In this document: in pieces, positions 52,827-64,000 of the stretch
Numbering within the stretch: position 1 is the first letter of the stretch
Layout: each line of letters starts with the position of its first letter
Source of the DNA: Eledone cirrhosa
Taxonomy: Eukaryota
NCBI GenBank assembly: GCA_964016885.1
Contig: OZ024742.1
Location: 22,878,001-22,942,000 of the forward strand
Length of the DNA: 64,000 bases
Reading direction: 5' to 3'
Program-made: the position numbers and the translations under genes
The notes under the pieces: generated by a model
Seen by the model: the letters and a program-made list of their open reading frames with translations, nothing else
What the model was told of the DNA's origin: nothing
Databases searched by the model: none

Positions 52827-54049
52827 TGTGTGGATGGTTAGCATGTTATGATGTTAACATAATGTATATTAAACTATATTTAATGTAGGTCTATATTTTT
52901 TAATAAACATATTTTCCTTATTTATTCGTATTTGTTCTGTTGTATTGTCAGCGCAAAGATAAAATGGGAAGACTTGGAATTTGGGTGTCTTGGAATTTGG
53001 GTGTCACTTGCACATATGTCTAGATGAAACATCCCTTTTAACCTAGCAAGAAGAATTTACACAATTGTCTACAATTATGAAACTCGAAATAAAAGACTTC
53101 AAGAATTAAAGGAAATTCTGCTCGAAATACAGCACCAACCATTACTAATAAATAATGGAATAGAAAGGGCTAAAGCAATAGGCATTGATGAATTACGAAA
53201 ACAGAAACAAATTCAAGGTACGTTCAATATTCTATCATGTATCTCAACACACAACCCAAGAAATGCGGAAGCTTACAACATTATTCACAAGAACATCCCA
53301 CTATTGTAACAAGACCCAAGAATGAAAAAAGCCCTTGAAACACACAAAATAATCAAAAGACAAAGACAACCAAAATCACTAAAAACATTACACACCAATG
53401 CCAAATTACCTACCACAAACCCACAAGCAACTGTTAAAAAATGTGGTCACTCTAGTTGTGGAACCTGCACTTACCTCATTGAAGGCAACATGTATAAATT
53501 TCAATCAGGACAAAATTTTGTTGTAAAAAATCACTTGACTTGCTCATCAACAAATTTACTTTATGCCATTAAATGTAAAGGATGCAATGAAGATTATATA
53601 GGACAAACTAAACTCACACTCAGAAACAGAATGACAATTCATCGCCAACAATTAGGAGACCCTAACACAAGACAGATACCACTCAGTGCCCATCCATCTA
53701 GGCATATGCGCAAGTGATCAGACACACAAATTCTATGTCTTCCCATTTTATCTTTGCGCTGACAACACAACAGAACAAATACGAATAAATAAGGAAAATA
53801 TGTTTATTCGAAAATATATACCAACATTAAATATAGTTTAATATACATTATGTTAACACCATAACATGCTAACCATCCAAACAGACACATACACACACAC
53901 ACACACAAAACAGCTATATTCGAAATTAAAAACCAGAGCTGAATAAAACTTAACATAGTTAATATTTTAACACCCTAACATGCTAACCATAACCCCCCGA
54001 CACACACATACACAACTCCATCCCCATTTCTACTAATGGAATCATTTTC

Positions 54050-54138
<89 letters not shown>

Positions 54139-54368
54139 AGCACACAAATAATACATTTATTTCAATAGAAATCTGAATTTTGAAATCTCAGCACATCAGC
54201 CATACTCACTGAACCAGAACAATTCTCCCCATCCCTTTTTTGTTGACCATTATCTTTTGTTTGGCACAAAATTCTCTAAATGGCTACAAAAAAACTGCGA
54301 AACCGGTAAACGAATCAAATAAATATTTTAAAAACGAATCCAGTTGCATTTTCGATTTCATCTTTTTT
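52070..54368 (+). mobile_element. Penelope-like element (family B) with an inverted 5' arm
   Basis: 52070-52895 is the reverse complement of 53830-54368 (right arm has an internal deletion); coding relic lies between. Confidence 0.82.
53025..53840 (+). pseudogene. Penelope-like RT thumb + Cys linker + GIY-YIG, disrupted
   Basis: IPFNLARRI..., CGHSSCGTC, NLLYAIKCKGCNEDYIGQT...RMTIH. Confidence 0.85.
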
Positions 54369-54369
54369 T

Positions 54370-54437
<68 letters not shown>

Positions 54438-55044
54438 AACATATATATATACACTACATATATATATATAAATACACAATACAAAGAAATACAGAGATAC
54501 ATGCGAATACATACATATACATGCATATACCCACATAAATCCCTGAATTTGTGCGGTGCCAACCTTAACAGTTGTTGCTCTATGAATAATAGGGACAAAA
54601 TAATCTGAATCAATTAGATTGATTCAATATCAGAGCTATATAATACATTAGAAAGAAAGAAGAAACATTAGACAGAAAATAAAAAAAATATAATATACCT
54701 AAATTCCTTCGTAATCCTCGACTACGTAGTTTCGTGGCTACTTTGCAAAAACATTACATCATAGAGATGCAGTATTTTTGTGAGGTTTGCCGATTTATCA
54801 AGAGAATATCTCAATTAGAGTTTCAAAACACGTCCGTAGGACGCCAGATAGAATCCCGAAAGGCGGAGGAGATACTTCTCACGTGATACAGCGGTCAAGA
54901 AACAGAGTTAAGCCTCTTACAACCAAGAGAAAAATACCACAACAGGCGGAGGGGGTATTGATGTCAAGGCCGTAGACGTGTTGGCTAGGAAGGGCGAGAA
55001 GTGTGGACAGTGTAGGCTTATATATAAATACTTATATATAAATA

Positions 55045-55141
<97 letters not shown>

Positions 55142-55176
55142 GTAGTATATATATATGTGTGTATATATATATATAC

Positions 55177-55641
<465 letters not shown>

Positions 55642-55782
55642 TTAAAAGTTAAACAAGGTTCAATGAATACATCAAAGAATGAGTTTTACAATAGATTGGA
55701 AGCACCCAACAGAAAAAGGGTTTCCAGTGTTATTAATATTAATTCAAAATATTAACAAAATATATATTCTTTTGATCAATTA

Positions 55783-55849
55783 TATTTTATTATACATATT
55801 TCAGAGGCACTGAGTTATGTTGAACAGTACGTCCTCATCAGATAAAATA
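55783..55849 (-). ncRNA. Type I hammerhead motif in an AT-rich relic (about 55645-56600)
   Basis: UAUUUUAU-CUGAUGA-GGACGUACUG(12 nt)CAGUGCCUCU-GAAA-UAUGUA-UA^AUAAAAUA. Confidence 0.75.
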
Positions 55850-56757
55850 AAATGATACATGGCATACCTGACTTATTGGTAGTGATTAACTTATGACAAA
55901 ACTCAATATGTATACCCTAATATTGAGAAGATGAGATAACATAATACAAACAATAGAGAGGGTGCGTGTGATAGAGTTTTAGAAATATATGGCATCAATA
56001 TAACAGTTATAAAATTTTTATTTTAAAAACTACTGGAGAAAGAGGAGGGAGAGGAAAGCATAGGGGAAGAAACAGCTGGTGTGATAAAATATTCAGTAGG
56101 TGGCTTGAAAAAACAGGTGAAAGATGATTAAAGAGAGAGAGAGACAAAGGAGTAATTTATGTTCAAGTTTATATACACTGATTTCCATATTCTCATATTT
56201 GTAACACGTCCAAAATAATATAGTTGGTGGTTAATTTTCAAAATATTTAATTTAAGTTATTTCAGGGTAAAGAATAATATTTTAGGTTTTAAGAGTTAAT
56301 AGATATTTGTATTAATATTATAATATAATTATGTTTAATTTCTAAAATTCAAATTTTATGAAAACAAAATTTAAGGATTTATGAAACACGAGAAAGAAAA
56401 TACCTATAATGTTTTTCTATCTTCACGAAGGTAATCTATAGCAAAATTATTTATAATATTGACAACAGTTTCTATAATATAATTTATAAAATAATTATAG
56501 TTATAATTATTAAAGAATTTATTGTTAAAAGTTTGAATGCCTACAGTATCAACCGGCCTTATAACTAAACTTAAAGAGGTCCGAATTTTTAATTATATAT
56601 ATGTATCGATCAAAAAATAGAAAGATTATAGTTTATTATTTGTTTATAATTGAGGTGATACCTTTCAAATATATATAATATATATAATAATGCAATAATG
56701 AGGTGATACCTTTCAAATATATATAATATATATAATACATATAATATATATAATACA

Positions 56758-56957
56758 TTTGGCCAATTTAGTTGTAGTGATTAATTTACCTCTTTGCTCT
56801 CTCAATAGTCAGGTAACATGGATGTGCGATAAACATAACATGTGCATGAATTCTAGCGCATATCCAAATAGGTCTGTGTTTTGGTAGTTTGGTGAGAAAA
56901 TATAATTGTTGGAGGGGGTAGGGGGCATGCTCCCTTCCCCAGTTTCACCGCCACTCT
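56758..56957 (+). mobile_element. Uninterrupted (empty-site) copy of the TIR element split at 2160-8263
   Basis: caatttagttgtagtgatta...gcgataaacataaca...gcgcatatcca...gtgttttggtagtttgg...cccagtttcaccgccac. Confidence 0.72.
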
Positions 56958-57078
56958 ATGTATATAATTAAAAAGAAAATATGCTCTGTGCCTTTTCCTA
57001 GTTACTATGTCGAGCTTCTTCGTATTTCGTAAGAAACTGGTATTATATACAATTTATTCATCTCTTCTTCTCTCTCCT

Positions 57079-57162
<84 letters not shown>

Positions 57163-58124
57163 TTACATATATACATATATATATAAATTCGGCTCTTTAA
57201 ATTTGTAGAGCATTTTTTAAATGTCGAGTGAACCTGGCTGCTATTTTTAGTAGCATACATTTTACGAGACACGCTAGGCACTGAATGCCATGTGCGTTAT
57301 TCTAAAGGCGCGTCTCATTTAATCTTCTAAGAAACCTAGAAATGAAAGGTTTTATTAATTCGCAGATCCGCTGACGAGCAATAGAATTGGTAATTCCCTT
57401 CACTTAATGCTAAACAGTTTTGCCAAAAGCTGTCTGGATGTACACTTGATAGTTGTCACAATTTCGGTTTGTACTTTTTCTTAATTTATTCTTTTAAATT
57501 GAGTCTGGCAAACCATGTTGTTTATAGTTAGTATCCTATTCACCCTAGCGAATCTGGTCCTCTTTATTATATTGAATTATATATATATACATTCATTTAT
57601 TATGGCTATTGGTGAGCTTTTTTACTCTAAAGTCTCATCTGATAACAGGATCACAATTCTTGTCTGGTGAGTACGCCGGTGAGACCCCAGAGTAAAATGG
57701 CTTAGTCATAGTAAATGGATATTTAAAATCTACTTCGGTATTGAGTCCCATTATTACGTCCATCAATACTTCACGTTCTCTCGGGTCTTGAATAAACGTT
57801 CCCATTGCCCGCTTATCCCTTTGTCAGATTTTTTCCACACCACTCCCCGGTTTTTATATCACCCCTACTTCCCATCCGCTTATTAAATGTTGCTAATATC
57901 CGGCGAAATTTTATTGTATGTGATTCATATTGATACAGCAGCTGGAGAATCTAATAATAATTTTATTTGAAATTTAAAAATAAGAAAAAACATTATATAT
58001 GACAAAAGAAGAACATTACAAGAAATCCCATATTTACGAAGGTACACTATCCAATTACTGATTTCCTACGACACCCCATTATTGTCACTCCTATTATTTG
58101 GGACCCGAGAGCGCCAACAATCTT

Positions 58125-58962
58125 GCCTCCTCTCTATGTCTATCACACAAAACTCTCTTTTAATTTCCCTCTCTATATCTACTAAGAACAAATTCTTCCC
58201 TCTCTATATCTACCACGACACCTCCTCTCTTATCCCATTCTCTATATCTAAGACTAATACATTCTCTCACTCTCTATAAATATCTACACTTATCTCTCCT
58301 AATCCCACTCTCCCCCTCTCTATATCTAACATACAACACTCTCTCTCATTCCACTTTCACTCTATCCATCACTACCAAACTCTCCACCTCTCTATATCTA
58401 TTAATACCTATCCCGATCAATTCTCTCACTCTATTCATTACCACCAAGCTCCCCCATTCTCTATATCTACTACACGGAATTCTCTTCCAACCACCCTCTC
58501 TATATCCATTACTATCAAACTACCCCCTCCCTATATATACCATACAACGCTCTCTTTCAACCCCACTCTCGTTATCAATTAACACCAAACTCTTTCCCTC
58601 TCTATATTTATTACACAGACTCTCATTCAATCCCCCTCTCTATAACAATAAACCTCAATCTCTCCCACTCTCTATATCTTATATACAACACACTCTCCCA
58701 CCATTCCCCTCTATATTAATTACCACCAAACTCTCCCGCTCTCTATATCTATCTCTATATCTATCTCTATATCTATCTCTATATCTATCTCTATATCTAT
58801 CTATATCTATCTCTCTGCATATTTATTTGTCTCTACATAGCATGTACATAAATTGTAGCGCATATACAAATAGATGTGTGTTTTGGTAGCTTTAGGAGGA
58901 AAATATAATTATTAGGGAGGGGACATATCCCCTGCCCCCACCCCCCAGTTCCACCGCCACCG
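58125..58962 (+). repeat. CTCTCTATATC minisatellite (about 30-35 bp units) joined to the 3' half of the same TIR element
   Basis: Array 58125-58815; 58835-58962 matches 56833-56957 and the reverse complement of 2160-2280. Confidence 0.8.
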
Positions 58963-59052
58963 AAGGTGATGTCGATACAGTTTGACCACAAATAGCAGAG
59001 ATCCGTAAGAACTATGTCGCATAATTACATCCCTCCCTCTAACCTTTCTGAA

Positions 59053-59168
59053 GGCGTGTGGCTGAGTGGTTAGATAATTTGATTCGTAATCGTGAGGTTG
59101 TGAGTTCCATTCCCAGACCGGACGATGCGTTATGTCCTTAAACAAGACATTTTATTTCACGTTGCTCC
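59053..59168 (+). mobile_element. CORE-type tRNA-derived SINE, 5' part
   Basis: A box tggctgagtgg, B box gagttccattccc, then gtccttaaacaagacattttatttcacgttgctcc. Confidence 0.78.
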
Positions 59169-59482
59169 TTCTACCTGGAGTTGCGACCGATAGCTAGTAC
59201 TAACAATTCGAAAGACCAATGGAAACATTGTTTCCTCGGTCCGATTTGACGAAAGTCGATCGTTCTTAACTTCTCTGCCAGTTTTTTATGTGACATATAG
59301 TTTTGTTGTTGGTATATCACCTGTTTGAGTATAATCAGTTTATTTGTATATATTCTATTCGTAATGCGTTCGTCATAGAGCTGTACTCGTTCTAACATTG
59401 CATATTTCGGAACAAAATCTCGAGAAGAAGTGTAATATGGACCAAATATATTGTTTTAGTCTCGAGCCGAAGATCCATCAGG

Positions 59483-59688
59483 CCGGTGTTTATCCAAAAT
59501 TTCCTTGATGTTAAACAACTGATAGTAGAAGATTCTCTCTGGACAGGACGTTTATCTATCGCATCTATAACTCCTCGGCTACTTGTGGTACATATCTCAG
59601 CTGAGTGTACTGGAGCAACAATAAATAAAGTGTGTTTTACTCAAGAACTCGACGCCTGTCCAGGAATCGAACCGACAACATAACGATA
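59483..59688 (-). mobile_element. CORE-type SINE, degenerate
   Basis: actggagcaac...tgttttactcaagaac...ggaatcgaacc. Confidence 0.65.
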
Positions 59689-60170
59689 GTATGGTATAAA
59701 TTTGTTCAATTGTTAGTAGATCTCCAATTAAAGCTGTTTGTTTGCCTGTTGCAACTACGGAGCATTTGGACTATTATATCTCAATATGTTGTAGCTTCAA
59801 TATTACACAATTTCAGTTATGCAATAATATTTTAACTGACAACTTATGCCAATTCTCCTGATCGTTTTAGAGAAGTAACATCAACATGTTTTTAAACAAT
59901 CAAATGTATTCAGTTTTCATTAACTAACTTTAATCTGCTAAATTATATTTTCACTTCAGTTGACAATAAAATAACTCGAATTATTTGTTACTTTTGAGAA
60001 TTAGATCACGTAATTGTTTGAACACATTCTCTGGAGATATATTTTTATAATTATTTCGTAAATCTTTCAAGAGAGAGAGAGGGGGAGCGAGTAAGAGACA
60101 GAGAGAGAGAGACAGAGAGAAAGAGAGACAGAGAGAAATAGAGGGAGAGAGAGAGGGTGGTGAGAGAGAA

Positions 60171-60260
<90 letters not shown>

Positions 60261-60592
60261 GAAGAGTTCGTTTTCTATTGCTAATGTTATCATGTATCAT
60301 TTGAGGACAATTAAGAGATGAATATTTCCACGGATTGAGACATATCTTGGTGGAAGAAATATATATCATACATACAGGCAGAGAGTATTGGGTAAACTAC
60401 TTCAACCGAGAATTCTGGGATCAGCAGTATGACCCCTCTTTGGGGTTACGTAACGAAACAGTTGGTGGACAGTAGAGAAGATAATGGACAGCGGACCTTA
60501 AATGATTAAGGTTTTCGTGATATATAAGCTGTAGATTACTGTGAAGGAAAAATGTAGTGCTACTTTACATTATTATGGTGGATTTGCAACAC

Positions 60593-60985
60593 GGCGGTGG
60601 ATTGGCAGTATCGGCAGAGGGTCGGACGCCATGTTTTGACGCATAGAGTTACGGCCCTTGCCAATCTGAGTTCAAATTAAAGGCAAAGTTGGCTGCGGCG
60701 AGATTTCAACTGAGAATGTAAAGCACTGGAATAAATGCTGGTACACATTCATCCAACTCTCGTTTGATTCAACAATTCCATCATCCTTTCACAAATTAGG
60801 ATTTCTAAGTTAGGCATACGACCTAATGGGGAGGAGAAGCACAATTATATTGAGGCACAGTACTTGAGTGGTACTTTATTTTATCCAAACAGGAATGATG
60901 AAAGGCAAAGGAGACCTCGACACGATTTAAACTGACAGTGTAAAGGCTCAGATGAAATGCCGCAAAATATGTTATCCAACGCCCA
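60593..60985. mobile_element. Cluster of Meta-type SINE fragments (5' half on plus 60593-60678; minus fragments 60679-60770 and 60810-60985)
   Basis: Family motifs on both strands. Confidence 0.7.
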
Positions 60986-61618
60986 AAAAGATTCTCCCAT
61001 CCTACCACCCTACCCTTTGAAGAATAACGATCATTGTTACAAGTGATTACAATCATATTGACTAATCAGTGATAGGCTTGCAGCTTGTTATAACTTGGGG
61101 CCATACGAAATCCTTATTGATGAAACTGTTTGCCCTATTCTTGTTCATGAACATCTCAAAAAGGGGAAGGTTGATATAGCATTGGTATAGAATTAACCTT
61201 AAAGCGATACAATTTGTAAATTGATAATAAGTAAACAATCTAAACACAAATAGCAATTAACATATTGGCATTGTACCTTTTACAAATATGCAATTAAAAA
61301 CACTTTCGGGTCAAGAATATAATTAATTTTGATAGAGTGCCAAGCCGAAATTTGAGTTATACTGTAGGATGATCATACATTTGATAACAGATCTAATAGT
61401 CTATCACTGCCAACATATGTAATTACAATATAATCTACAAAGATTTACCAAAAAGAGATATGTAGCTTCTGTAAGATCATGATATATAATAAATAACATA
61501 AGAAAAACAGGTGGAAATAATCGACACAGCGAATTATACCTTGAACGCTATGACTAAATAGAGGTTTATACAGTAAGATGAATGCATTGATATAAATTAC
61601 TTATATATATATATATTT

Positions 61619-61767
<149 letters not shown>

Positions 61768-62944
61768 GGGGTAACAAATAATTGTTATATGCAGTCCACT
61801 TAGGTGTAGTCCAGTTATGGTACTCCGGGTAGTGGATGATATCAACGCTTGGCTAAGTTTGACTCAACAAGGCGTTTCCATAGTGATGCTGCGAGTACGC
61901 TGTAATTCCTATGTTGTAAACACTTGGAGTAATAATAGATCAGGAAAGAAGAGTGACACGGTTTGCTATACAAAAAAGGTTTTTAATCTCATTGCTGACA
62001 ATTGTTTCTCTGAACTGGTAGGTCTAGAGATCGCTATCCGCTTATTTTCACGTTACTCGATCGCCAATACAAAGTTATAATCAGTCAGTTCATCGGAGCT
62101 TGCGAGAATGAAGAGAATATACAGGCATGAAAAGAATATACATGCATGAAAAGAATATACAGACTACTATATGTAGTAGTAATGGCATTCAGTTAGAACA
62201 ATAACAACAATATCAACAATGTTAGCAATAAATTATTTGAAATAATCACAATATCAATCTAGGTGGGAAGTATAGTATATCTATGAATTTAGCGTGTAAA
62301 ACTAGCTGACATGAGGCAGATGTATACAATTGACATGTAAAAACTGTCGTAGGGTGTATTATATCAATTGTAAAGATAAGCTGGTGTTTTTAAACAATGT
62401 AGGTCAGGTGGCCGTAATAGTCGGTTTTTATCTGACCGATGAAGTATTTATCACTGTAGTGGTATTTGTGTGGTCTATATTGGATGAGAGAGCTGTCTAT
62501 CTTTCTCATCCTCAATAGCATACATGTATAAGACAACACTAACAAAGCTAAATAATGGGCAAGTTAATACAGAGGTTAAGGAGGCAATATATATATATAC
62601 ATATATATATACATATATATACACACACACATGCACACATACATATATATATATACATACACACACACATACAAATGCATACATACATACAAAGAGAAAA
62701 CATGCTGACTATAATTATAGCAAGAGGAAGGTAAAGTTCTGTTGTAGTATTTTGAAATGTTCTTGGATTTAGGATCAAGTGATGACAGCAGCTGAGAAGA
62801 GATAAGTTTATGGGTTGATGAGGTACTTACAGACATTAGTGTGGTATAGAACTAAGAAGGCTAAAATGTACTTAATGATTATATTTCTGTGGTGATTCAT
62901 GCAGAGTAGTGGGTATCTTAGTTGAAAGCTATGTTACGTCGGTT

Positions 62945-63497
<553 letters not shown>

Positions 63498-63927
63498 TAT
63501 TTTTTCTCTTTTTTCTGGGTTTGAAAATGTTTAAAACAAAATATTTTATTTTGTGTGAAGTGTTAAGGTATTAGTTAATTCATTTATTAATTAACTATGG
63601 CATTTATTTATTTATTTATATATTTAATAATTGTTTATTAACGGTTTCAGTAAGAAACAATGCGGGCTGTGTGGTTACTGTAAACAAAGTTTAAGATGGT
63701 AATATGGACGAAACAAGAGAAGAGCCCCTTCGTCACATGTTAACTGCAGATCACAGATGTTTCGGCACTTATGTATGTATGCATGTATGTATATATATAT
63801 ATATATATATATATGCATATTTCTATATTAAATTTGTTATATATAAATATATGCATATATTCATATATGCATATATTCATATATGCATTATTTAATGTAG
63901 AAATAATTATAGGACTAATATAGAAAT

Positions 63928-64000
63928 AATTGTTTCTATTTTTGTCACAAGGCCAGCAATTACCCAGTACAATACTGGTACTTTATTTTATCGACCCTGT
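63928..64000 (-). mobile_element. 3' end of a Meta-type SINE, cut by the window edge
   Basis: caaggccagcaattacccagt...ctggtactttattttatcgaccc. Confidence 0.85.

Noticed and set aside
54718-54766. Possible hammerhead on the minus strand (GAAA-CUACGUAG-UC)
   Set aside because: Palindromic stem III is present but the core and stem II are too degraded to call.
57371-57400. CTGACGAG followed by a short hairpin
   Set aside because: No GAAA after the hairpin.

Overview
Eukaryotic, AT-rich, repeat-dominated DNA, most likely cephalopod/octopus. That is an inference from the two tRNA-derived SINE families (Meta-domain type and CORE type) and the very dense (TA)n/(CA)n tracts. No intact host protein-coding gene can be supported, and almost all listed ORFs are microsatellite artefacts. 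Recognisable coding relics are retroelements or transposons: a near full-length but disrupted L1/Tx1-type LINE (2.3-8.0 kb, minus), several Penelope-like elements (RT + GIY-YIG) with inverted arms, and fragments of RTE, R4/Dong-type, mariner and possibly Copia elements. There are also two non-autonomous Helitrons, several MITE/fold-back elements and more than 20 SINE copies. The main hidden signal is RNA structure. By eye I find ten minimal type I hammerhead ribozyme motifs with an intact catalytic core, plus about nine weaker or decayed ones, from several unrelated repeat families. The best candidate for an undescribed system is a non-coding, highly structured repeat of about 425-440 nt (copies at 9.3, 40.4-41.2 and 50.4 kb). 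At 40.5/40.9 kb it carries two tandem hammerheads whose predicted cleavage sites lie 425 nt apart, with a compensatory base change between copies. This is the architecture of a retrozyme (a self-cleaving, circular-RNA-forming non-autonomous retroelement), probably mobilised by Penelope-like machinery. All structures were read by eye; no folding or database search was run, and element boundaries are approximate.
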